Assembly (NCBI GenBank): GCA_964388035.1
Contig: CAYLZE010000009.1
Location: 36,801 to 100,800, forward strand
Reading direction: 5' to 3'
Origin: an uncultured archaeon
GTDB lineage: Archaea; Asgardarchaeota; Lokiarchaeia; Sigyniarchaeales; SOKP01
DNA length: 64,000 nucleotides
Shown here: positions 1 to 9,607 of the stretch, in pieces
How the letters are laid out: every line of letters starts with the position of its first letter
How positions within the stretch are numbered: the stretch's first letter is position 1
Program-made: the position numbers and the translations under genes
The notes under the pieces: generated by a model
What the model was told of the DNA's origin: nothing
Seen by the model: only the letters and a program-made list of their open reading frames with translations
Databases searched by the model: none

Positions 1-162
1 ATTCAATATAATGTAATTGCAGAAGGAGCAGTACTATATTATTCCAGTATAGAAGAAAAGTGTACTTATGAAACCATAGTAATTAAAAAATATCTTGATT
101 TTAAAAGATATGAAAAGGAATATTTTGGGGCAATGCATGATCAAATTCTCAAGGAATATTAA
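1..162 (+). CDS. Partial (C-terminal) minimal nucleotidyltransferase (MNT) antitoxin
   Basis: Frame 1 reads IQYNVIAEGAVLY...KYLDFKRYEKEY...EY*, typical of an MNT C-terminus; directly upstream of a HEPN/DUF86 gene; not in the ORF track. Confidence 0.75.
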   Translation: MQYNVIAEGAVLYYSSIEEKCTYETIVIKKYLDFKRYEKEYFGAMHDQILKEY

Positions 163-164
163 AG

Positions 165-586
165 TTGATCGATTCTAATGTTATAAATACTCGCATTGCT
201 AAATTAAAAGAATATCTGAAAATTTTAGAAGACTTAAGAAAAGAAAAGAAAGAAGATTTTTTAAAAAACTATAGAATTCATGGTTTAGCGGAGAGATACT
301 TACAATTATCAATTGAATGCGTTTTGGATATTGGAAATCGTATTATTTCAAGAAAAGGATTTTGGAATCCAGGAACCTATCAAGACATAATTTTGATTCT
401 TGGAGAGAATTCGGTAATCCCAGAAGTTTTTGCTGAAAAGATAGCTAAAATGGCAGGATTTCGTAATATTTTAGTACAGGTTATTCTGAAATTGATGAAA
501 CAATAGTTTATAATTATGTAAAGGACGGTTTAAATGATTTTAAGAAATATGTAAAATACATAATTCAATATTTAAGCGAAATATGA
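165..586 (+). pseudogene. HEPN/DUF86 RNase toxin, frameshifted in the catalytic RX4H motif
   Basis: AERYLQLSIECVLDIG...MAGFRNILV; one base is missing at 477-478 (CA-GGT TAT). Restoring it gives RNILVHGYSEIDETIVYNYVKDGLNDF...SEI* ending at 586. Confidence 0.85.
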
Positions 587-712
587 TTTAATCTATTTCT
601 TGTTTTCTATTAAGCATGAAATTGTTGCGTTTTAAAAGCGTTTTCATTCAGCCATTTCTGCAGTATCTATATCAAGAGAAATGAATAGATAAAGAAAATT
701 CAAGGCAAATGT

Positions 713-1843
713 TCATTTAACTGGAAAATGACGAAGACAGAATTGAATGCTGGGAAGAATGTGATATCCAATTCCTAGCCCGTGAGGAGTAAGGGCTGCT
801 TTAGGGTCGGAATATATTTCAAATTCATGAGATGTTCCTAAACCCGATAATGTTTCATGGATTTTTTTAGTCGATCCTGTTAATCCGAATTCATCGTTCT
901 GCTCGCAATTGAGCAATAAATGGACATTTTTTAAAGAATCGGGATTTTCTTGTATTACATGATTTAAGTCATACTTGATCCAGTTTTCACGAGCTTTTTG
1001 GTCCATTTGGATAATTTCCCCATTTTCATTCTTTTTGAGTGATGGAATTAACCGATTATCATTAGAAAAAATCAAGTCGCAAGTATCCAGTATATCTTCC
1101 ATGGTTGAATCTCCTAATTTTGCATCTAATTTTGATCCAAATATTTGCTCGATAATCGGAACCCTCAATTTCCAATTTAATAATTCCAAATTTCCCAAAT
1201 TTCCCGGGCTCAAGGAAGCTGCCGCAATAAATTTCTCAGGATGAAGCACGCTTAAATATATTGCTCCAAACCCCCCCATAGAACCCCCAATTAACGCTCG
1301 ATGCTGCTTATCAGGAATCGTTCGATAATTCGAATCCACGTACTCAATGATATCATTAATAATATAATCCATGTATTTTCCTGAATATGGAGAATTTATA
1401 TAGAAACTTCCCTTTTGAGCAATTTGCCCCTTTAAATCCTTACGATTGTCTATACAAGGAGCGTGTAAGCTTCCATCTGGTTGGACGAGAATAAAGGGCT
1501 CTAACTCTCGTTGATTGATTAATTCATCTAACATTTCAAAAGTAGGTAATCGATCAACGTCCATCTGTTTCAAATATTTTTTGGGAATGAGTTCCCATGG
1601 AATATCCCTATCCTTGGAAGTGCGAGAGGTCACGGTCCAGCTTCGATTGTTTCCTCCGTAACCGTGAAGAAAGTAAATCACGGGATATCTTTTTCCTTCC
1701 ATTTCGTTATAATCCGGTGGAAGATAAATGTTCATGTCTCGGTCGGCGATGCTATTTAGAGGATTTCCATGTAATGCTTTTGAGTGAAAAGCATCAATTC
1801 GATACCTATTACTATTTTCAGCCATGATTTTTAATTTATCCAA
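713..1843 (-). CDS. Putative esterase (alpha/beta hydrolase, Fes/XynZ-like)
   Basis: IYLPPDY, YPVIYFLHG, GGSMGG nucleophile elbow, C-terminal His. Confidence 0.85.
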   Translation of the reverse strand: MDKLKIMAENSNRYRIDAFHSKALHGNPLNSIADRDMNIYLPPDYNEMEGKRYPVIYFLHGYGGNNRSWTVTSRTSKDRDIPWELIPKKYLKQMDVDRLPTFEMLDELINQRELEPFILVQPDGSLHAPCIDNRKDLKGQIAQKGSFYINSPYSGKYMDYIINDIIEYVDSNYRTIPDKQHRALIGGSMGGFGAIYLSVLHPEKFIAAASLSPGNLGNLELLNWKLRVPIIEQIFGSKLDAKLGDSTMEDILDTCDLIFSNDNRLIPSLKKNENGEIIQMDQKARENWIKYDLNHVIQENPDSLKNVHLLLNCEQNDEFGLTGSTKKIHETLSGLGTSHEFEIYSDPKAALTPHGLGIGYHILPSIQFCLRHFPVK

Positions 1844-2245
1844 GATCTAAATAAAATAAATTAATTCATCAGAATGATAAACGTAATAAAAAGATTTTTT
1901 ATCATTAAAGTTAATATTTTCTCCAATGTAATAGATATTCTATTAGCATGTAGACATAGCTAAGAAAAAGCAAGATTTTAATTGTTAATAATCATCTAAG
2001 GATTTCTAAGCTAATTCTCTAACCGTTTAGTCTTTAATTTTGGTAACCATCTAATTCTTTAAATCTTATTGAAACTTGATTTTTTTAGTTCTAGAATTTA
2101 GATTTGAGCAACGAATGTGATACTTAATAATTAACTAATTTGATAAAATAATAATTTAATACAATTCAATACAATTTATTATAATGAATTATAGAAATGT
2201 TTAAACTATACTAAATTAAAAATACTCATAACTACACATGTTATT

Positions 2246-2500
2246 ATGCAAAAAGGAAAATTAAAAATCGTGCAAGTAGAACTTAATGAATTACTTTCTT
2301 CTCATTTTGAAAGCATTAAAGTCTATTTAGGAATACAAAATGATGCGGAAGTCATTCGTTTTTTGATTCAAAATTATTATTCCGAGTATTTAAGAAAAAA
2401 TAAATCAGAAGTTCTTAGAGAATTAGGAACTGATAAAACAATTGTAAATAAGTTCATGGAAAAATATGGTGAAGAATGGAAAAAGCTCAGTGAAGATTGA
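2246..2500 (+). CDS. Small DNA-binding antitoxin-like protein (RHH-like N-terminus, Doc-partner-like C-terminus)
   Basis: LGIQNDAEVIRFLI and tail KFMEKYGEEWKKLSED; sits in a toxin-antitoxin cluster. Confidence 0.55.
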   Translation: MQKGKLKIVQVELNELLSSHFESIKVYLGIQNDAEVIRFLIQNYYSEYLRKNKSEVLRELGTDKTIVNKFMEKYGEEWKKLSED

Positions 2501-2647
2501 TGGTTGAATTCCTACATTCGAACAGATTTTGGTCTTATTTAATGATTACATAATAGCAACAGAAAAAAAACGCTAAAATAATTAATAATAATGTAAATGG
2601 ATAAGCTGTAAATAATTGGCTGTAAATAATTTCCTATAATGAATCCT

Positions 2648-3109
2648 TTATTTAAATGCATAGAACTTTTTAAGAATATCAAGTGGTACAGGATTTTCAT
2701 AATATAATCCCACATTTTTACATAATTTATCAAAATCTGTATCTGTTGTTAAGATCGAAGATGCTTCTTCTTGTTTGGCTAAAGCGAGATAATAACAATC
2801 ATATAGATCATGGTTTAAATCATTAGAATATTTAAAAGCTTCAAAGATAGCCTCTCGTTTCAATCCAACATAAATAGGAACAGAATAATTTTTAACAAAA
2901 TCCAAGATAATTTCTTTAGCAAGCTTTTTTTCGATTCCCCATTTAGTTGTTAAGATCCAATATGCTCGAAAGGGAAGAATTTCTGGAATTATTATAGTAA
3001 ATGTCCCTTTTAACCCTTCATCCATTACTTTTTTCACATACTCAAATCCGGGATGATCTTCTACAAAATAAATCGAAAAAAAGTTAATATCAATCAACTT
3101 TCGGATCAT
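2648..3109 (-). CDS. vapC: PIN-domain toxin (VapC-like)
   Basis: LIDINF...DLYDCYYLALA...ILTTDTDF PIN acidic motifs; adjacent to an AbrB gene. Confidence 0.85.
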   Translation of the reverse strand: MIRKLIDINFFSIYFVEDHPGFEYVKKVMDEGLKGTFTIIIPEILPFRAYWILTTKWGIEKKLAKEIILDFVKNYSVPIYVGLKREAIFEAFKYSNDLNHDLYDCYYLALAKQEEASSILTTDTDFDKLCKNVGLYYENPVPLDILKKFYAFK

Positions 3110-3346
3110 TTAATCACCAAATGTTGATTCTCCCGCTTTTAAAAATGTATCTTTATCCCAATTCCGAGAACTCTTTACTGTTTTTTGTTGTGGAACAAGA
3201 ATTTTAAGAACTATCTTATCGCTTTTACCTACTATTTCCAATTCTTCTCCAGGGATAAAATTATACTTATCGCGTATATTTTTAGGAATAGTAACTCTAC
3301 CTCTTTCATCAATTGTCACTTTTTCAATAATTTTATTTTCTCCCAT
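3110..3346 (-). CDS. vapB: AbrB/MazE-family antitoxin (VapB)
   Basis: TIDERGRVTIPKNIRDKYNF.PGEEL AbrB signature; abuts vapC. Confidence 0.88.
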   Translation of the reverse strand: MGENKIIEKVTIDERGRVTIPKNIRDKYNFIPGEELEIVGKSDKIVLKILVPQQKTVKSSRNWDKDTFLKAGESTFGD

Positions 3347-3583
3347 TTTTTTTTACCCATATTTTTTTACCCTTAATAACTTATTAATTTTTCTGATTAT
3401 TTTTATAATTCTTCATATTATTCTTTTAACACTCTTTTTCGGTTTGGTTTACTTTAAACAATTTTAAATTTTTAATAAAATTAAGAAACAATTTCAATCA
3501 AAATGAATAAATATCATTTGAAAAATTAAATAAAAACTTGAATTAGTAATAATACTCCGAGAAAGTTTATATAATCATTTCTA

Positions 3584-4873
3584 TCAAAGTAAAGTTTGAG
3601 CAAATAGTTTAATTTTCTCGCGTATTATCTTTTCATTAACAAACCGCCTATCCCCTACATCCACGTCAATGAGCAAGAGAGGAATCCCCACCTCATCCCT
3701 AAGGGCTTCTCTGAGAATTTGAGGAACGGAACCAAATTGCTTGCACCCAATGTGAGAAGTGAAGATGAAGCAATCCGCAGAATAATCTTTAGCTAACCGA
3801 ATGCAATCCTCTATAAAAGGATAATAAAACTCAGTGGATTGTTTAACCATGGGGGTTTCCATTCCACGTCTTGCCATCCCTTTAAACATTGTATCCAAGT
3901 CAGAATTAATATTAATGGGTTCACTAAAATTATAATTGAAAATGTCGAACAGAATAGACATGCCAATTTCTCGATCTAAATATTCACATAAAGCTAAATC
4001 AAAGAAAATGATCATGTAAGGCCATATAGAGCGGATTCTTTCCGCTCCCGCGTGATGCTCGCGTTTTTTATATCGTGATTTTGCAATCTCAAGCATGTCC
4101 TTGTAAAAATCAACGATTTCCGATCGACCCGACATGTATATAGCTGCTGCAGCTGACATGGCATTGAACATGTTTTCCACGGGACAAGGAATTGCCTTTT
4201 TTAATTCAAAAAGTTCCATTTGATAGCCATAAACATTATTTTGAAGCTCGAGAGCTTTTTTCAATTTGCTGTAATCAGGATTTTGACCTATTATGTTTCC
4301 CAACTTTTCCAAACTTATTTGAATTTGCTGTGCAAAATAATCATAACTTTTTTCCGATTTTAAAAAAGGAAGATCAGGAGTAATTACGGGAATTTTTTCA
4401 TGGTATCTAAAAAAAGGATAACTGGCATAAGTATTATCACAAGGAGCTGTCGGGGTGATGATGGCATCAAATTTAAACAAACCATCCAGCGTCATTCCCA
4501 TGGTGCCCTTCTGTGATGAACAAGTATGGAAAGGATGCCCCCAATTTCCGATTAAATCATAATATGGTTCCGATCCTTGAGGTAGCAGAGCGGATATCAA
4601 ATATGATGTGGCTTCAATACACACGGGAACGCAATCGAAGCAATAAAGATATTCCGTTGGAAAAGCAAAATGATGCCCGATCACGGGAAAACCCTCTCCT
4701 GCCTTTTTTATGAGATCCTCAAGAACAGTGGTTAAATATTTCAACCCTAATCTGAGAGAAGGAATACCGTTTACGGGCAAGATCTCTTCCACCAAGGTCT
4801 GTGTTGTAGAAACAGCCTCCAATAGCATTTTATAAGGTATGATTTTATTTTCTAATTCTTTTTTCATGCTCAT
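3584..4873 (-). CDS. 2-hydroxyacyl-CoA dehydratase / benzoyl-CoA reductase family subunit (HgdA/BcrB-like), paralogue 1
   Basis: HTCSSQKG, PTAPCD, HIGCKQ, DVGDRR Fe-S Cys pattern of the HGD-D family. Confidence 0.85.
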   Translation of the reverse strand: MSMKKELENKIIPYKMLLEAVSTTQTLVEEILPVNGIPSLRLGLKYLTTVLEDLIKKAGEGFPVIGHHFAFPTEYLYCFDCVPVCIEATSYLISALLPQGSEPYYDLIGNWGHPFHTCSSQKGTMGMTLDGLFKFDAIITPTAPCDNTYASYPFFRYHEKIPVITPDLPFLKSEKSYDYFAQQIQISLEKLGNIIGQNPDYSKLKKALELQNNVYGYQMELFELKKAIPCPVENMFNAMSAAAAIYMSGRSEIVDFYKDMLEIAKSRYKKREHHAGAERIRSIWPYMIIFFDLALCEYLDREIGMSILFDIFNYNFSEPININSDLDTMFKGMARRGMETPMVKQSTEFYYPFIEDCIRLAKDYSADCFIFTSHIGCKQFGSVPQILREALRDEVGIPLLLIDVDVGDRRFVNEKIIREKIKLFAQTLL

Positions 4874-4928
4874 GAATCTTTTTCAATATCAAATTAGTTT
4901 TTAAATTTTATTATTTAGTTAATTTTAA

Positions 4929-6209
4929 TCATAATAATGTTTGTACAAACATGATAATTGCTTCTTTCATTTTTTGGAGAGAGGTTACTCTCCCATCTCC
5001 TACATCAAAATTGATTATTAGCATGGGTATGCCCACCTCCTCTTTGAGAGCTTCCTTTAATAATTGGGGTACCGAACCAAACTGCTTACACGCAAGACTC
5101 TGAGTAAATATAAAGCAATCTGCACTAAAGTCTTTCGCAAATTTTACGCAATCGTCTAAAAAGGAATAAAAGAATTCACCAGATTGTTTAACCATGGGCC
5201 AATTCATGGCTTTTTGCGCCATTCCATAAAACATGGTATCCAAATCAGAGTTAATATCTATAGGGTTAAAAAAATTATAATTAAAAATGTCAAAAAGAAT
5301 GCTCATTCCCATTTTTCGGTCCAACCATTCACATAAAGAAATATCAAAAAAAGAAATCATATACGGCCATATGGAACGAATTCGTTCTTCTCCACCATGA
5401 TGATGTTTATTCTTATATCTTTCTTTCGCGATATTTAGCATGGATTCATAAAAAGAAAGATTTTCAGGAGTTCCCGAAATGAAAATGGTAGAACCGGCAG
5501 ATACCGCATTAAACATATTTTCAATGGGACTGGGGGTCGCCTTTATTAATTCAAATAATTCTAATTTGTTCTTCAATACTTGATTTTCTATTGATATTGC
5601 TTGCTTTAATTTTTCATAATCGGGTTTTTGCCCGATGATATCTCCTAATTTTTCAAGGGATGATCGTAATTGATTAGCAAAATAATGATATCCTTTCTCA
5701 TTATATTGAAATGGCATATCAGCTATAACTAAGGGAAATTTCTTATGATACTTAAACCAAGGATAGGAGGCACACGTTGAATCGCAAGGAGATGTTGGAG
5801 TTATAATCGCGTCAAATTCAAATAAATCATCGAGTGTCATTCCCATTGCTCCTTTTTGTGCCGTACAAGTATGGAAGGGGTGACCCCAATTCCCAATGAG
5901 ATCATAATACTTTTCTACCCCATGGAGTAATAAAGTGCCAAGAAAATATCCAATGCCCTCTAAGCAAATAGGCACGCAATCAAAACAAGAAAGAAATTCA
6001 GAGGGAAACGCAAAATGATACCCTATTAAAGGTTTACCTTCATTAATCTTTTCCAAATTCTTTTTCAACACGGGTAATAAATATTCGATACCAATTTTAA
6101 GGGAAGGGATTCCATATTCTGGAAGAATGCGTTCGACCAATTCATGAGTGGAAGATAACGCTTCTATGAGCATTTTATAAGGTATGGCTTTATTTTGCCT
6201 TTTTAACAT
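4929..6209 (-). CDS. 2-hydroxyacyl-CoA dehydratase family subunit (HgdA/BcrB-like), paralogue 2
   Basis: Clearly homologous to 3584-4873 (GNWGHPFHTC, ERIRSIWPYM, CKQFGSVPQ). Confidence 0.85.
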   Translation of the reverse strand: MLKRQNKAIPYKMLIEALSSTHELVERILPEYGIPSLKIGIEYLLPVLKKNLEKINEGKPLIGYHFAFPSEFLSCFDCVPICLEGIGYFLGTLLLHGVEKYYDLIGNWGHPFHTCTAQKGAMGMTLDDLFEFDAIITPTSPCDSTCASYPWFKYHKKFPLVIADMPFQYNEKGYHYFANQLRSSLEKLGDIIGQKPDYEKLKQAISIENQVLKNKLELFELIKATPSPIENMFNAVSAGSTIFISGTPENLSFYESMLNIAKERYKNKHHHGGEERIRSIWPYMISFFDISLCEWLDRKMGMSILFDIFNYNFFNPIDINSDLDTMFYGMAQKAMNWPMVKQSGEFFYSFLDDCVKFAKDFSADCFIFTQSLACKQFGSVPQLLKEALKEEVGIPMLIINFDVGDGRVTSLQKMKEAIIMFVQTLL

Positions 6210-6284
6210 TCAATACATTCCTCTTGTCCTCGCATTATTTTTACATAAAATGGTTCATTTCACTCTAATGATCAAATTTATATT

Positions 6285-7439
6285 TTAAGTGATCATTTCT
6301 AAAAAAGCTTCGATTCTTGTTTGCAATCTCGTGGTATCCGCTTGGAAGAATTCACGATCGATATTAAAGATGGGAATATCTAATTCTTTAAGTTCATGCT
6401 CGAAAAGCATGTTATCACAGCCGTGAAGGTCGCAATTATTGATCCGCTGAAGCAGAACGCCATCTATTTTTGCTTTTTTTATTTCCTCTTTTAACACTTC
6501 TAATCTACGTTCATGATCGTCCATCATGCGGGGACAAGAAATTCTATAGTATAATCTTCTTGAAATATCTTCCAATGGATTATCGCGATCTTTAATTTCG
6601 ACATCATCCATGAAGTTTCTGGTACCCAAACATAAAAAATCCGATACCACCGTGGCCCCTGAATTTTCAATCAGTTGTAAAAAATCAATATTATCTATCA
6701 TGCTTCCCACTACTAATATTCTCTTGTTTATGGATTTGATTCCTTCAGAATCTTGCAATTCTTCTAGGATTCTTGCCAATTCTTCATTTGCCCGTTCTTT
6801 AGGTAAGGAACTATTAGCCATTGAAATGCGCAAAGCCTCCACACCATTTAATTTTGGCTCATCTAAAATTCGAAGTTCATGGATTTCTCTTAGTAATTTC
6901 CTATTTTCGTTATATAGGTTAATGGAATTAAGAAGATCCGATTTATCTATGCGAATCTCGTATTTTAATTCTAATTTTTTTCCGAGTTCTTCAACTTCGG
7001 TTTTAAACCACGTGAAACCTTCCTCCGTTATGACATGAGGCACTGAAATATAAAATTGGGGTACCTCTTTTGAAAAGCCCTCTCTGTTAAATACCCGCAA
7101 ATCGAATAATTCAAACATTCTGCGAGAATGATCACACGAGTTACATATTGCCAATCCATCCAAGAAATCATATTCTCCCCGTAATGCCATGTCCAAGGTT
7201 GCTCTTACGAAAGAACAGGTAAACCTTACCATGTAGATATCTCCCAAGTTTGTATCCTCGTGTCCAGTGGATCTGATTCTGAATGGGAGTAAATTGGCAG
7301 CATGCAGCAGTTCTTCCGGAATATAAGTGCAATAATAGCCCATCACTTTTCTGTTCAGCTTTTTTTGCCATTCCTCGAGAAACGGATTGTAAATTTGGTC
7401 CGCAATTTTTAAAAATCGATCTTCCTTAAAATTCAGCAT
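6285..7439 (-). CDS. 2-hydroxyacyl-CoA dehydratase family subunit (HgdB/BcrC-like)
   Basis: GYYCTYIPEELLHAA, CSFVR, NSCD, CDLHG, TRIEAFLEM; start placed at MLNFKE, after GGAGGAG and the upstream stop. Confidence 0.88.
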   Translation of the reverse strand: MLNFKEDRFLKIADQIYNPFLEEWQKKLNRKVMGYYCTYIPEELLHAANLLPFRIRSTGHEDTNLGDIYMVRFTCSFVRATLDMALRGEYDFLDGLAICNSCDHSRRMFELFDLRVFNREGFSKEVPQFYISVPHVITEEGFTWFKTEVEELGKKLELKYEIRIDKSDLLNSINLYNENRKLLREIHELRILDEPKLNGVEALRISMANSSLPKERANEELARILEELQDSEGIKSINKRILVVGSMIDNIDFLQLIENSGATVVSDFLCLGTRNFMDDVEIKDRDNPLEDISRRLYYRISCPRMMDDHERRLEVLKEEIKKAKIDGVLLQRINNCDLHGCDNMLFEHELKELDIPIFNIDREFFQADTTRLQTRIEAFLEMIT

Positions 7440-7455
7440 CTTCTCCTCCCTCTGG

Positions 7456-7941
7456 TTATAAACCTTGTTTATATACATCATTTTTTCCAATCATCAAGCA
7501 TCCCACGAGTTTCAAAGCAGCCATATAAGAACCTTTTATTATAGCTTTTCTTGAAAGAATGTATTTTAATAATTTAAGGATGCTTAGAAAATTACTCTTT
7601 GAACGAATAATTTCACTGAGCACCCTTAAAATATCCTCCTCTTTTACATTAATTATAATTTTAGACACGGGATCTCTTGCTCGCGTGGCTCTGCAATCAA
7701 ATTTCTGTCTATCCGAAACCAAAATGAAAGTTATATAACCTTTTATGGCAGGTAAATACATTTCAATTTCTTGTCCTTCTCTTTTTCCTATTTTCTTGAA
7801 AGGTTCGTCCAGTCCGAATAGATCTACCAGCATTTGAGCTAATCGTGCGATATTTAGGATCTTTGTTTCCCTAACTAAGTTTACAGCCCTTAAATCTCTT
7901 TCAGAAAGGTTTGAATCCGCCATTCGTATATTTTCCTCCAC
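7456..7941 (-). CDS. Hypothetical protein, possible SCP2 (lipid/sterol carrier) fold
   Basis: C-terminal ILSRKAIIKGSYMAALKL resembles the SCP2 tail; first gene of the dehydratase operon. Confidence 0.5.
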   Translation of the reverse strand: MEENIRMADSNLSERDLRAVNLVRETKILNIARLAQMLVDLFGLDEPFKKIGKREGQEIEMYLPAIKGYITFILVSDRQKFDCRATRARDPVSKIIINVKEEDILRVLSEIIRSKSNFLSILKLLKYILSRKAIIKGSYMAALKLVGCLMIGKNDVYKQGL

Positions 7942-8125
7942 CCGCCATCACTTCTATAACTATTGAATGATCAAAATAAATGTAAAAATTCTAACATATA
8001 ATGTTTTGTTGAATTAATAATAATAACTATTGTTTTTAGCATCTATTTTTGATCCAAATCTATTTCCAAGGTTTATTTATTCCATATAATCCATAAATTT
8101 TTATTTTAATTACATAATTGTATAC

Positions 8126-8638
8126 TTGAATATGTCACTTCAAGTTTATTTATATGGAGATTTAAATCAGAAAAACCCCGAATGGAAGAAAGATTCTACT
8201 TCTCCGAGTAAAAATGTTGTGCCAATGAACGGAATAAAAATAGTTCATGATATAATGAAAAAATTTGGTATTGAAGAACAGGAAATAAGTCATATCTTTG
8301 TTAATGGCAAATATTGTGGTCCTGGAAAGGCTATTAAAGATGGAGATCGAATTGGAATTTTTCCTAAAAAGATGGGAGTTAATTTCATCGAAATTTCAAC
8401 CAATAATATAATACCAATAACAGTCAAATTTTTTGCTAATCTTCAAAAATACGGTCCTCCAAAAACCATTTTGGTAATTCCTGAGGGAAGTACGGTTAAT
8501 TATTTATTAAAAAAATATCGAATTCCTAAAGATGAAGTGGTGAAAATCATGATTAATGGACAACCTCACATGAAAAGTAGCTATATACTTAAAGAGAACG
8601 ATACCGTTGCCATATTTCCACTTTTAGCAGGAGGATAA
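8126..8638 (+). CDS. Tandem two-domain MoaD/ThiS (ubiquitin-like) protein with C-terminal GG
   Basis: Two beta-grasp repeats (IFVNG...KDGDRIGIFP; MINGQ...KENDTVAIFPLLAGG). Confidence 0.85.
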   Translation: MNMSLQVYLYGDLNQKNPEWKKDSTSPSKNVVPMNGIKIVHDIMKKFGIEEQEISHIFVNGKYCGPGKAIKDGDRIGIFPKKMGVNFIEISTNNIIPITVKFFANLQKYGPPKTILVIPEGSTVNYLLKKYRIPKDEVVKIMINGQPHMKSSYILKENDTVAIFPLLAGG

Positions 8639-8946
8639 TCATTAATAAGTTTAAAGGGCACTTATATTTACCTTTAGACCGAATATAATAAGAGAATTCA
8701 AACTGATTTTTATAACTTAACTATAAATTTGAAAATAATATAGTGAATTTTAGACTAAACTATATCAAATTATGCAAATTATTTCATATAGTAAAGATAG
8801 AAGTAATAAACATTTGAGGTGTTCAATCCTTATTTTCATAAATTCATTCAAAGAAGAAGAGAAACACAAGTATTTAAAAAGGTTCCAAAATAAATTAAGA
8901 TGTTATACATTTGATCCATAATTAATTTAATAAACGATGAGTATTT

Positions 8947-9594
8947 ATGGAAAAAGAAGTATTGCTGAATAAATTGAGGAGCGCGATTGTAGGAGGAGAT
9001 TCTCAAAAAGCAATGGATTTAACGAATGAGGCAATCAAATCCGATTTAGATGCTCAAGAAATTTTGAAAGAGGGAATTATTAAAGGCGCTGAAGAAGCAG
9101 GAAATTTATATGAAAAAGATGAATATTTCCTTGCAGATTTATTAATGACTGGTGATGCTCTTAACGCTGCAACTATATTATTGAAGGATCTATTAAAATT
9201 AAATTCCCAAGGAAAATCAAAAGGAAGTATTTTGATAGGAACTGTAGAAGGGGATATTCATGATATTGGAAAGAGTTTAGTAATTTCTCTATTACAAGGA
9301 CAGGGCTACGAAATCATGGATCTAGGATCGGATGTTCCTTCGGAAGAGTTTCTTCGAAAAGCCAAAGAGATTAACCCCGATTTAATCGGAATAAGTGGTT
9401 TGATGACAACCAGTATTTCAAAAATGCATGAAACAGTAAATCTACTTAAAAATGAAAATATTCCATCTCGAATAATTGTTGGTGGAGGAATCTTATCAAA
9501 AGAATCATGTGAAATGATAGGGGCCGATGATTTTGCTAAAGATGGATGGGAAGGCGTGAAAAAAATAAATTACTTAATTAAAAAACAAGATTAG
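8947..9594 (+). CDS. Methyltransferase corrinoid protein (MtaC/MttC-like)
   Basis: B12-binding GTVEGDIHDIGK, SGLMTT, IVGGG; N-terminal cap domain. Confidence 0.92.
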   Translation: MEKEVLLNKLRSAIVGGDSQKAMDLTNEAIKSDLDAQEILKEGIIKGAEEAGNLYEKDEYFLADLLMTGDALNAATILLKDLLKLNSQGKSKGSILIGTVEGDIHDIGKSLVISLLQGQGYEIMDLGSDVPSEEFLRKAKEINPDLIGISGLMTTSISKMHETVNLLKNENIPSRIIVGGGILSKESCEMIGADDFAKDGWEGVKKINYLIKKQD

Positions 9595-9607
9595 GAGAAG
9601 TAATAAA

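Noticed and set aside
2605-2631. Tandem GCTGTAAATAATT repeat as CRISPR or target-site duplication
   Set aside because: Only two adjacent copies, no spacers and no associated element
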